DNA from: a virus
Reading direction: 5' to 3' (one strand)
DNA: 38,485 nucleotides
UHGV virus genome: UHGV-0171269
In this document: one piece after another, positions 26,318 to 35,380 of the stretch
Layout of the letters: each line of letters starts with the position of its first letter
How positions within the stretch are numbered: position 1 is the first letter of the stretch
Program-made: the position numbers and the translations under genes
Notes under the pieces: model-generated
Told to the model about the DNA's origin: nothing
Seen by the model: only the letters and a program-made list of their open reading frames with translations
The model's database searches: none

Positions 26318-29249
26318 TTAATACCTCATGTCCTCGTCCGTTATTAAGATACAACCTTATCCCTAACGTGTCATTCTTTTTCATCCCCAAAGGAGCGGAA
26401 TAATCTAATGCTTCTACCTGCGCTTGGATTCGAGGGTATCCATAAGTCGATGCATAATCCCCCATGACGACACCATTAGGAGCTATGTCATCAGACGTGT
26501 CCCGCGAGACCTGATACCTTAGCTGGTTGATTTTGGTCGTCATCGCGGGGATGATGTAGTTGGCAGTATTCCCCATAGGCATCGATATGAACTCGGACTC
26601 AATGTGCAAGCCCCATAAGAAGGAAGAAAACGAACCAGTCATTGAATAGCCAACTAAAGCATTATTCCCGGCTTCAAATGTGGGAGAGAATCTAATTCTT
26701 CCTCCGGTAAGAGCGCCATTGCTGAAAGAATAATATCCCTCAGGGTTAAGCTCTCCTGTAAACGTCCAGCAATAACCCGTAGTCTTACCATCATTAAAAC
26801 CAGAATTGCCTTGAGTTATAATATCTATCTTTGGATAGATGCCTGAATAAGGGACTAATTGCCCCGGCTCTCCTCCTTGCCAGCATAAACTAGAGGCTAA
26901 ATAATAATCTAGGGGGTCTGTATTGCCTGTAACTACTTCCTTTGAGGCAAACGAAGTCCATTCTCCCAAAAATCCTGCTCCACTGAGCAAAGAAGGGCCA
27001 CACTCCGCTATCGTTGGGAAGTCAATACACGGGTGGTCAAAGTCCATGTACGCTAAATAATACTCAGCATTGTCCAAAGGAATAGTTGAACCATCCGGAG
27101 GAACGCATTGAATGCAGGCGAATATGCCTTCTTGACGCTTCACCGGATTGTGATAGCAAACAACCTGCTTGAACTTCCCTCCTTGAATATCATGCCAATG
27201 CCAGCCTTGGATTTCCTGCGTGCGGTTGAATAAGAATCCAAGCATCTTCCCATCTTCTGACGTCCCCCACCAAATAGGGTCAGGGTCTTTCATAATGCTC
27301 TGTGACGTGATGCCGGATTCAAGAAGATCAGAAGCAACAATGGAAACGTCTTCGGACTGGTAGCCGTCAATCTGGAAAGAATAAAGGGAATGGATAAGAC
27401 CTTTCCTGTCCTTCGGGACAAAGAACAAGCTTTCCGTCATCAACTCTCCCTGAAAAGTAGATGAACCCCAGCGGCTCTGTTCTTTAATAGTAGGGACCGG
27501 ACTATTAAGATCATCATCATTAATAACCCATTCGCCAATGTCCGTCCCAACAATCAAATCCTTGGAAGAAGAAAGCCACTGAATGACCTGTGCCTGATTC
27601 GCGCCTATCGTAAGGTTCCATCCGGAATCCGATTGGTCATCAACGGAAAAGTCTTCATATCTGTCCACGCGCGACGCCCATATCGTTTGGGGCTGGGCCT
27701 TAGTTCCAGCGAAGATAAGACGGCCTCGCCTGATAGTAACGGCAGAAGGATATCCCTTCTGAACATTAAAGGCGCTTTTTACTAGAGTGTTGAACCTGTA
27801 AACAATAGCGCCATTTGGTTGTCTCGTAGCAAAATAGTTTAGTCTGGAAAAATTCGTGGAGATATCATTAAAGAATGAACTGCGATCTGGCGCATAGGCC
27901 ATCGGCAAAATGTTAATGTTCCTGAATACTACCCCATTATTTACGGAACCATCATAATTCTTCTGGTTGATGTAAGTAGCAAATGGATAGGAATTAATCG
28001 AAACCGTATCGGCACATGTCAGCTCAACGGGAAGATTTCTAATAGTTTCAGCCGTATGAATGCCATTTGTAACTGAATTTGTAAAAGCGAATCCAAGAAA
28101 ATATCCATGCGGGGCGCTTCCTGTGATAGTAACTCGCCTATTAGCTGGTTGGGTAGCGTTCGACACATTGGCAATGGATATGCCTTTATTCATGCCTTTG
28201 AACGTCTCCCGGATACTCATCCCCGAAACATAAAAGGCATAGCTATTATCAAGCTCTTTTCCTACATCAATCTTCCATTCCCCCTGAACATAAGCAAACA
28301 TGATGTTGACCGCATTGAAATATTGAGGCCATTTAGTTATCTCAGTCCAATTATATAATTGACCACTATAATAGGCATCAGTCGCTCTGGTGCGGACGTT
28401 GCAGTTTATAATATCTCCCTGTTCCCATCCTTCCAGCCATTCATTAACTATTTGTCCATAAACGGAAATATCCCAAGAAGGGTCATACAGGAAGGGGATA
28501 TCGCAAAACATATTGGCCATGACGTTGGAAGTAGTTACTTTCGCATTGTATGATATGTCAGGATAATCGGATTGCTTCTTTACGAACATCGCAATATCCA
28601 CAAACTCTGAGCCAATCGTGTCGCTCATGGAGTCAAGGTAATCATCCGAAGACGGAAAGATTAGGAAAGTAAATTCCGTTAACTTGAAAGTGATATTCCC
28701 CGAATCATCACGAGTTCTTGTTAGAACAATAGGGGAGTGATTCTTGTGGACAATCCAAAGCTTGTCGTTCTGCGAGACGCATTTGACTTCCTTTAACTCA
28801 TCTTCCGTGAAGCCGGAAGTCCATCCGTTCTTGGCATACTCCTGTTTAAGATCAAGAGGGATATTCCAAATAGGGCGCGGATATTCATCAAGATGCCCGC
28901 ATTGATAGATTGTAGCGAAACCAGAAAGGCCCGGCTTCACACCAGCATGCAGGCATACGATGTAAATGTCCTCCGAAGTACAGGGAAAGTAAAGCATACG
29001 GAAAGGGCCATTCATCCGATCTACCAGCTTGAATCCCGGTCGTCGTTGAAGCTTCCCATATTGGCGTGGAATAAAGTTACGCATGCGAGAACACGACGTA
29101 AGATAACGTTGCATGTCCACGCGAGGCGTGAAAGATTCTGAGACTTGCCCTCCATTGAAGTTAAGTTGAAGCTGTGTTTGCCTGTTGTCTGCCATGTTAT
29201 AAAAGCTTGTTATGGCCGCCAAAGGGGAAAGTCGTTCCATAGGGAACAC
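26214..29249 (-). CDS. Large tail protein (1011 aa), tail-tubular-B / nozzle-like by position. The start may instead be M19 at 29195.
   Basis: ORF track. The ATG at 29193-29195 would lie 1 nt from the upstream gene's stop (29197-29199). Confidence 0.4.
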   Translation of the reverse strand: MFPMERLSPLAAITSFYNMADNRQTQLQLNFNGGQVSESFTPRVDMQRYLTSCSRMRNFIPRQYGKLQRRPGFKLVDRMNGPFRMLYFPCTSEDIYIVCLHAGVKPGLSGFATIYQCGHLDEYPRPIWNIPLDLKQEYAKNGWTSGFTEDELKEVKCVSQNDKLWIVHKNHSPIVLTRTRDDSGNITFKLTEFTFLIFPSSDDYLDSMSDTIGSEFVDIAMFVKKQSDYPDISYNAKVTTSNVMANMFCDIPFLYDPSWDISVYGQIVNEWLEGWEQGDIINCNVRTRATDAYYSGQLYNWTEITKWPQYFNAVNIMFAYVQGEWKIDVGKELDNSYAFYVSGMSIRETFKGMNKGISIANVSNATQPANRRVTITGSAPHGYFLGFAFTNSVTNGIHTAETIRNLPVELTCADTVSINSYPFATYINQKNYDGSVNNGVVFRNINILPMAYAPDRSSFFNDISTNFSRLNYFATRQPNGAIVYRFNTLVKSAFNVQKGYPSAVTIRRGRLIFAGTKAQPQTIWASRVDRYEDFSVDDQSDSGWNLTIGANQAQVIQWLSSSKDLIVGTDIGEWVINDDDLNSPVPTIKEQSRWGSSTFQGELMTESLFFVPKDRKGLIHSLYSFQIDGYQSEDVSIVASDLLESGITSQSIMKDPDPIWWGTSEDGKMLGFLFNRTQEIQGWHWHDIQGGKFKQVVCYHNPVKRQEGIFACIQCVPPDGSTIPLDNAEYYLAYMDFDHPCIDFPTIAECGPSLLSGAGFLGEWTSFASKEVVTGNTDPLDYYLASSLCWQGGEPGQLVPYSGIYPKIDIITQGNSGFNDGKTTGYCWTFTGELNPEGYYSFSNGALTGGRIRFSPTFEAGNNALVGYSMTGSFSSFLWGLHIESEFISMPMGNTANYIIPAMTTKINQLRYQVSRDTSDDIAPNGVVMGDYASTYGYPRIQAQVEALDYSAPLGMKKNDTLGIRLYLNNGRGHEVLSGPSSTDTRLYFAFTDAKNTDVLSAYIIYDSNLV

Positions 29250-29850
29250 GGTTCCAGCCAGACTGCCGCATTAACCTGTTGTAGTAGTTGTATCTGCCTC
29301 CAGTATTATTGACGTAATCATTCTCACGGAGACGAGAAAGCTCCCTCATGTACATATCGGAAAGGAGCCTGTACAGATCAAGGTTGTTCGTAATCCGTAC
29401 ACAAGATAGTTGTGCCCAGCGAATGCCTAGAAGGGGCTGTAAAATGGTCGGGAATTCCTGAGTGCTTTTCTTGTTCTGGATATCGCCAAGATAGACAAGC
29501 CGCATCACATCGGTGTTGGCGTACAGATAGTTCCCTTCAATCTGCACAAATTGGAGCTGGTTCTCCCAAGGCTCGCCATTCACGGAGATAATAGTCACCA
29601 AATCAGAAGGCAACGTAAACGCATTGGAGAAGCCGAAGAGTGGCTTCTCATCATCCACAGGGAGAAGTTCTACCCTTTTACGGGCAAAGTTCCAATTGCC
29701 ATCAATCATCAAATCATTAATGGCAAAAGGAAGATAAGCGGCCAATGCCTGACCATAGACAGTAGGAGTGTTCTCTAAATCAGGATAGGCGGAGACTTTG
29801 TATTGTCCCAGTAATCCCAACGCGAAGTTTGCTACTTCAAGATCAGTCAT
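29197..29850 (-). CDS. Tail-tubular-A / adaptor-like protein (217 aa) by position
   Basis: ORF track. Follows the capsid genes in T7-like order. Confidence 0.35.
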   Translation of the reverse strand: MTDLEVANFALGLLGQYKVSAYPDLENTPTVYGQALAAYLPFAINDLMIDGNWNFARKRVELLPVDDEKPLFGFSNAFTLPSDLVTIISVNGEPWENQLQFVQIEGNYLYANTDVMRLVYLGDIQNKKSTQEFPTILQPLLGIRWAQLSCVRITNNLDLYRLLSDMYMRELSRLRENDYVNNTGGRYNYYNRLMRQSGWNRVPYGTTFPFGGHNKLL

Positions 29851-29868
29851 TGGCCGCTTCGGTTCAGG

Positions 29869-30423
29869 TTATGGAATGATACAATCCATCACAATAGTGA
29901 AGGTCTTGTTAGCCGCAACTTCCGCCGAGTTCTGAACAACAATGCAGAAATGATATCTTTCTTTCAGCACGCTGTTCTTGTTTTGCACATCGGGCATTTC
30001 ATCTGCGCTAATAATAGCGGTCAGAATTTTTTCGTAGGGGTCAACCATCAACAACCCCGGCTTATTGCCATTGGAAGTAACGCCCAACCTCACGATTTCA
30101 TTAGCCATGGCCGTAGCCGCGAGAACACCAATAGGAGCAATCATATTGTTCACGATGTTCCCATTCTTGTCAGTCAGGGCAATGGCGACAGTATAATTGC
30201 CAGCGCCTACGCCATTGTGGGAAAAGGCAATCGAGCTAAGATCAATGATGCACCCTTCCGGGAGATCAATATCTTGAATGGTTGACGATGCCGCAGTAGC
30301 GGCTCCCTCGGCCGTATAGGAGATTACCTTTTTAAGGGTAGCTCCTCTAGACATTTGAGCGTTCAGGAACGGAGGAACTCCACCGTCAATCTCCGCCTTA
30401 GCCATGCTTGGAAAAGTAGCCAT
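29869..30423 (-). CDS. Minor capsid or decoration candidate (184 aa)
   Basis: ORF track. Immediately downstream of the major capsid gene. Confidence 0.3.
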   Translation of the reverse strand: MATFPSMAKAEIDGGVPPFLNAQMSRGATLKKVISYTAEGAATAASSTIQDIDLPEGCIIDLSSIAFSHNGVGAGNYTVAIALTDKNGNIVNNMIAPIGVLAATAMANEIVRLGVTSNGNKPGLLMVDPYEKILTAIISADEMPDVQNKNSVLKERYHFCIVVQNSAEVAANKTFTIVMDCIIP

Positions 30424-30440
30424 GATTTTTTATCCTTTCT

Positions 30441-31433
30441 TTAGTAAACCATTTGAGTTCCGGTCACATCAACCTTGAGGACGCCCTTGTCTTCAATGCG
30501 GGTGCAACCCATAGCAAGCTCCGTGTAGGTCTGCCACACGTACTGCTTGTCGCGGCGCTCATCAATGCGTACGAACAGTTCTTCCAGTACGCCAAAGGCC
30601 ACGGAGTTCATGCTGAACGCAATACAGGTGCGAACGTTTGGCGTGGAAGCGCCTTTCGTCGGATCAGTAGACGTTCCCAGCGGACGAGAGCCGAACGGAA
30701 GCATTCCCGGAGACATGGCAACGAACCTAATGCCGAGGTAATCAAAGATGTTACCAGACACCAGCGGGCGGTCCACGTTGTACAAGATGCTTGCAACCTT
30801 TTCCTGAGAAAGCAAGTCCTTAAGCTCTTCATGAGAGATGAGCATGATGATTTCCGGGCCGCCCAAGTCCTGACGGTCCACGTCCTGACCAAGCACGTTC
30901 CGGGAACCGAAGATGTTACGAACTTGAAGAAGCTTCTCAAGCGTCAAGCCGGAAGCGGTGTACGTCCCGGAAGGATTGTACCCAACAGGAATCGTATTCA
31001 AAGTTTCGTTGAAAGGAACGGCAACGTCCCCATTCTCCCCAGTCCATGCAGTACCGATCAAGCCGTTAACTGCGATGTGGTCACGACGACGTGCCATTTC
31101 CATGCGTTCAGCCTGAACGATGCGAGGAATCGGAGATTCAATCGTTCCCGCCTGCATCATTTCAATGCGGCTGATTTCATGCGTGGTCTTGAACGGCGTG
31201 GTCTTCAACCAGCGAACGTTGAAGTTAGCCTGCTGAGGGTTGGTATCGCCGTACAGGTCGGTAATCTCCTGAGAGTTCACCGGATCAATGATCTGGAACC
31301 TGCGCTGGCGCGAAGCAAGCGGATACACACGCAGATAACGTTCAGTTCGTGAAGTCATCTGCTGGACACCCGCATAGATTGAAGGCGTGTATTCATTTAC
31401 CGCCAAATCATAAAAGTTTCCGTAATTAGCCAT
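30441..31433 (-). CDS. Major capsid protein (330 aa)
   Basis: Size, MANYGNF.. N-terminus, and position after the scaffold gene. No SD-like sequence within 20 nt of the start. Confidence 0.55.
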   Translation of the reverse strand: MANYGNFYDLAVNEYTPSIYAGVQQMTSRTERYLRVYPLASRQRRFQIIDPVNSQEITDLYGDTNPQQANFNVRWLKTTPFKTTHEISRIEMMQAGTIESPIPRIVQAERMEMARRRDHIAVNGLIGTAWTGENGDVAVPFNETLNTIPVGYNPSGTYTASGLTLEKLLQVRNIFGSRNVLGQDVDRQDLGGPEIIMLISHEELKDLLSQEKVASILYNVDRPLVSGNIFDYLGIRFVAMSPGMLPFGSRPLGTSTDPTKGASTPNVRTCIAFSMNSVAFGVLEELFVRIDERRDKQYVWQTYTELAMGCTRIEDKGVLKVDVTGTQMVY

Positions 31434-31602
31434 GATTTTAATTCTTGATTAAACGTACCGCCTCGAAGAAGATTTGCGTCTTGCATCAGGCAGGTATCCT
31501 AATCAGGGCTGTCTGTGTGAACGGCGGTGGTTCACGAAACTGTTTGAACAAGTGTCCGTCCGGGTTGTTCAAGCCAAAACAAGCACACATCACATAACAT
31601 TG

Positions 31603-31641
31603 CAACAAAAAACCCCGCACTAATAAAAATATTAGTGCGGG
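31603..31641 (-). terminator. Minus-strand intrinsic terminator-like hairpin in the capsid leader
   Basis: Stem CCCGCACTAATA / TATTAGTGCGGG with an AAAA loop. On the minus strand it is followed by TTTTTTGTTG. Confidence 0.55.
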
Positions 31642-31730
31642 TAAAACAAAGAAGAAATAACAATGAACTATAGAATGGCGCGTCCTTTCACAAGGAGACC
31701 CACATGTGTTACTACGTATTGCTTAATATT

Positions 31731-31776
31731 TCAATAAAGAAACCTTCCTCCGCATCAATTAAAACACGGAGGAAGG
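31731..31776 (-). terminator. Second minus-strand hairpin, a terminator or RNA-processing candidate
   Basis: Stem CCTTCCTCCG / CGGAGGAAGG (10 bp) with a 14-nt loop. On the minus strand it is followed by TTTCTTTATTG. Confidence 0.45.
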
Positions 31777-31836
31777 AGAACATACACGTAGTTAAGCCAC
31801 TAACTCATGTGGTAATGTAACGACGACTGAGAAACA

Positions 31837-32760
31837 TTACCATTGAACGTGCGTAGATGCAAGCCGATTATATTCCTCCCTCGCATCTTTTGGCATCCGG
31901 TCCAAACTTCCGTATTTGGAAATCATGTCAATCATGCGTTGCTGGGCACTCGTCCCTGATTGGGACCTCATCACTCCCGGAGTAGGCATCGTCCCTTCCT
32001 GATACCTTGCCGCCTTTTCGTACAAGGCTTCCAAGATATATGGGTTATTGAGGGCCATCGCAAAAGAGCTATCATCAACGTCAATCCCCGCATCGATCAA
32101 GCTCTGCCGAAGGATTGTTGCGTTGCGTTCATACTGCGGCCCCCATTCCTTCCTGAAATGCTCCTGAGCCTGCTTGGAAGCTTCTTCCACTCTCCTTACA
32201 AACTCTTCATTGTTCTTGCGGTAAAGCGTATCTTGATAGCGCAGAAGCTCCTGTGCCGTCTCAGCCGGGATGTTGTGCTTATGGGCAAACGCCGCAAACT
32301 CTTTAAAGCTCGCCTCGTCATAATTGTCCTTATACTCATCAGGAATCTGGTACCCATCAACATTGTCAGGAACGCCAATGTAGGAGCGCCATGCTTTAAT
32401 CTCTTCCTCACTGGCCCCTTCTCCCGGCTTCTTCACGCCGTCGAACTTCTTGCCAATTAACTGGTTGGCATTCACAAAGCCTTTCACCAGTTCATCAACA
32501 TTCTTGTACTTCCCTAGAGAGTCGGCACCTTCAAACTTGGAAGTCCACCCTTCCTTGAAAGAGCCATCCTCGCCGATAATATCAGCCACCTTAAATGCCT
32601 GCTGTTGCGTATCAGTCGGGGCCGGGCTTGTATCGAGCTTCATCGTACCCGGCATCTGCATCTGCTGTGCAGGCTGGGTAGTTTGCGTGGCGGGGGCGGC
32701 GCTCCCTGTCGTGGTGGTAGGGGCCTGACCCCCTGCATTATTTGGATTGCTATCAATCAT
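31837..32760 (-). CDS. Scaffolding protein (307 aa)
   Basis: Acidic, Q/T/A-rich low-complexity N-terminus. Sits between portal and capsid. Same length as T7 gp9. Confidence 0.5.
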   Translation of the reverse strand: MIDSNPNNAGGQAPTTTTGSAAPATQTTQPAQQMQMPGTMKLDTSPAPTDTQQQAFKVADIIGEDGSFKEGWTSKFEGADSLGKYKNVDELVKGFVNANQLIGKKFDGVKKPGEGASEEEIKAWRSYIGVPDNVDGYQIPDEYKDNYDEASFKEFAAFAHKHNIPAETAQELLRYQDTLYRKNNEEFVRRVEEASKQAQEHFRKEWGPQYERNATILRQSLIDAGIDVDDSSFAMALNNPYILEALYEKAARYQEGTMPTPGVMRSQSGTSAQQRMIDMISKYGSLDRMPKDAREEYNRLASTHVQW

Positions 32761-33056
32761 TTTCCTGCTAGGTATTTTATTAATTCAAGCACTTGGCGCG
32801 CTCCTGATATGAACATTGCTCTGTTCGCATCAAAGTCTGCAAGCAAGGGGGCTTCCTTCTTCACATGTTCTTTATCACACAAAGAAAGGTCAACCATTGT
32901 AGTAAGATAAAAGAGCAAGCGATTGGTTAATTCGGACCCCTTAAATTCTTCCCGGAACCGGATAAAATCTTCCTCCGGCACTTTGCTTACATTTCCGAAG
33001 AAGTCATAAACCTTTAATGCCTTCTTCTTGTTTTTATCATCAGTAGTTATTTCCAT
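32757..33056 (-). CDS. Hypothetical protein (99 aa) between portal and scaffold
   Basis: ORF track. ATGA overlap with the scaffold gene. Confidence 0.4.
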   Translation of the reverse strand: MEITTDDKNKKKALKVYDFFGNVSKVPEEDFIRFREEFKGSELTNRLLFYLTTMVDLSLCDKEHVKKEAPLLADFDANRAMFISGARQVLELIKYLAGK

Positions 33057-33059
33057 AAA

Positions 33060-34679
33060 TCATCGCATGTTCCCTATAGCGCTTCCAATGTTCTTCTGGA
33101 TTTCAGAAGCTTCAAGAGCATTAGCCATCTGATTGGCCCCCTGTTGCGCCGCTTCTCTTTCTTTAATAAGACGGTCAACCTTCGCTTTATCCTTGAGTAT
33201 CTTGGTCGGCATCCCAATAGATTTAATCCCTGACCTCATGATAAAATCAGTATCAAAGCTAATCATCACATCAGGATCAATCTGAGCCAAAGGAATCGCA
33301 ATCGTCTGCATGAACTCGGAGAATAGCGTCGGCTGGTGACGGTCCAAAAGCATTTGGAAAGGAGTCGTAAACTTGATGCTAAAATCATCCAGCGCAGGAA
33401 CAAGCTTCTCATCTCGAAGAAGCTCATAGCAACGCATCACTACAGGCTGTAGGAACTCTTCCGTCAACCTAGTGTAGGCAGGGGAAGCAATCCTCGCAGA
33501 ATACGCTTCGATCATCTGCGCCACCGTCGCCTTCATGTATTGAGGGTCTTTGACCTGCAACAACGGCGCAAACAAATCCATGTCGCATGTCTTCTGAATG
33601 TTGTTCTCAAGCCTCTGCACCTGCCATTGCATCTCATTAGCCTGCATCATGTTCTGGAACAAGGGCGTCGGCTTGGCCTGAACGTTCATCGGGTTGAAGG
33701 TTGTCACCCCGCCAAACCCCCAGTCAATGTTCCCATCAAATCCTTCCGGCACCAGCATCGGCGGGAATATCTTCTGCATGGCCGATTCGCTCAACGCCTT
33801 AACGGAGTTGGTCAATTCGGTCTGGTCCCCTAATGCCCTCAAACCAGCACCAACTCCATAAGGAGAGTTGGCAATATCAAAATAGTTTGAGACGCTCACA
33901 GGGCTTGTCCAAAAATACTGCGTCGCCAGAACATCTCCTGACTGGTCAAACACGCTACGCATCACCCACGGCCTGCCATTAGCCTCTTTAATCAGCTTCT
34001 CGTCTCCCGTCCTCTCCACCTTCTCCAGCAAATGGAACACAAGATAGTTGTCAGGATTTACACTGCTCGCCTGATATTTCTCCTTCACCATGTCAGGCAG
34101 TACATTCTCCGGGAACGTCGCGACAATGTCCTGTATCCTCAACCACTCATCCCAGCAAAACGTATGGACATTCCCAAACTTGTCCCTGTCCACCATGAAA
34201 TCCCCTACAGGAATATGCGCAAATTTCAGCATCCCTCGCACCTTGTCCCATTCGGACCAGAAGGCCGCCTGACCGTAAGCCGCACGATCAAAGTAAAAAA
34301 GCTCGGAAGCCGTGTGGAAGTTGCTGTTGCGCATAAACCACGCAACCTGCCTCCCTGTCTCATAATAAATGTTCTCAATCGTGCTATCAATCTGGCTCTG
34401 ATCGTCGATCTTGGCCAATGGCTCAAAGCTAAACCATCCCTGACTCTTGGGCGTTATAAGCTCATGCTGGCCAGCCGCATTTACCCTCAAAGCCCTTTCA
34501 AGCGTCTGGTCCAAATAGCCAAGGTCCGTCCCAGTAGATTGATAAACCGCACCGTTAATGTTGAACTTCTTCTCAGGATCAACGTATTGCGCGATCCTCT
34601 GCCAGTTGCTCACGTACCGCTGGCGGAAAGCATACAAATCCGCATGCTTCTGCTTGGCATCTTGTTTGTTGGTAACCAT
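33060..34679 (-). CDS. Portal protein (539 aa)
   Basis: Size and its position downstream of the large terminase and upstream of scaffold/capsid. AGGT SD-like element upstream. Confidence 0.6.
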   Translation of the reverse strand: MVTNKQDAKQKHADLYAFRQRYVSNWQRIAQYVDPEKKFNINGAVYQSTGTDLGYLDQTLERALRVNAAGQHELITPKSQGWFSFEPLAKIDDQSQIDSTIENIYYETGRQVAWFMRNSNFHTASELFYFDRAAYGQAAFWSEWDKVRGMLKFAHIPVGDFMVDRDKFGNVHTFCWDEWLRIQDIVATFPENVLPDMVKEKYQASSVNPDNYLVFHLLEKVERTGDEKLIKEANGRPWVMRSVFDQSGDVLATQYFWTSPVSVSNYFDIANSPYGVGAGLRALGDQTELTNSVKALSESAMQKIFPPMLVPEGFDGNIDWGFGGVTTFNPMNVQAKPTPLFQNMMQANEMQWQVQRLENNIQKTCDMDLFAPLLQVKDPQYMKATVAQMIEAYSARIASPAYTRLTEEFLQPVVMRCYELLRDEKLVPALDDFSIKFTTPFQMLLDRHQPTLFSEFMQTIAIPLAQIDPDVMISFDTDFIMRSGIKSIGMPTKILKDKAKVDRLIKEREAAQQGANQMANALEASEIQKNIGSAIGNMR

Positions 34680-34680
34680 C

Positions 34681-34965
34681 TTATTGACCTAATGCGCTTT
34701 TGCCACTTACCCCGCTACCTGCCCCCAAGGCGTTCTTGCTCGCAACAAAGGTTCCTCCAAAGGAACTACGGCGCCTGTTCTCACGTATCTTGTTCTCCGT
34801 GCCAGACGTATCGACTGTTACCTCATTCACTGGCTTCTCAGGAGCAGGAGCATCCATCCCCTCCTTGTTCTGCTTCAAGCCTAATACGCCTCCAACGATA
34901 TTAGTAACACCTTTGAACACGCCGCTAATAGCGTTGCCTATCTCTTTAAACGGATTGCCGCCCAT
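34681..34965 (-). CDS. Small Gly-rich protein (94 aa)
   Basis: ORF track. Stop 1 nt before the portal start. Confidence 0.4.
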   Translation of the reverse strand: MGGNPFKEIGNAISGVFKGVTNIVGGVLGLKQNKEGMDAPAPEKPVNEVTVDTSGTENKIRENRRRSSFGGTFVASKNALGAGSGVSGKSALGQ

Positions 34966-35380
34966 GATTTTTTCCCTTTCCTAATAATTTAATTAGCAAT
35001 TCAACTTCTTTTCTCCCGTACAGATACACATTCCCCGCACGAAAGCCAATAAAATATTTCATCCTCTCCTCTTTTATCATCCATCTTAACAACACTCTAA
35101 AATCTCCAACCCCTAAATAAAAGAAGAACCCATTCGCATCATGACGGCTACATGATAACGAAGGAACGCACGCCTGCTTCACCCTAGACCAGCATTCCTC
35201 CACATCAGCCCACCCATCTTCCATCCTAAAGAAATGCCCCATCACAAGGCATCTATCATCCCATCGCCGATATAAATAACGATGCTCCTCCCAAGACGCA
35301 TCAAAATCCGCGCCTAAAGCTTTCAGGACCGCGCGCCCCTCCTCTCCTAGACATGAGGCCTTCATAGTTGTTTCTATCAA
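34946..35380 (-). CDS. Hypothetical protein (144 aa) overlapping the 3' end of the terminase gene. Start uncertain.
   Basis: ORF track. Overlaps the TerL C-terminus by 80 nt, so an internal start may be the true one. Confidence 0.3.
   Translation of the reverse strand: MIETTMKASCLGEEGRAVLKALGADFDASWEEHRYLYRRWDDRCLVMGHFFRMEDGWADVEECWSRVKQACVPSLSCSRHDANGFFFYLGVGDFRVLLRWMIKEERMKYFIGFRAGNVYLYGRKEVELLIKLLGKGKNHGRQSV

Noticed and set aside
31681-31810. 40-aa plus-strand ORF with an AAGGAG SD in the scaffold-capsid spacer
   Set aside because: It is short with no support, and the region is better explained by minus-strand hairpins.
31960-32460. 166-aa plus-strand ORF antisense to the scaffold gene, and the 290-aa plus-strand ORF at 34032..34904 antisense to portal
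   Set aside because: They lie opposite strongly supported structural genes with no RBS, so they are spurious.
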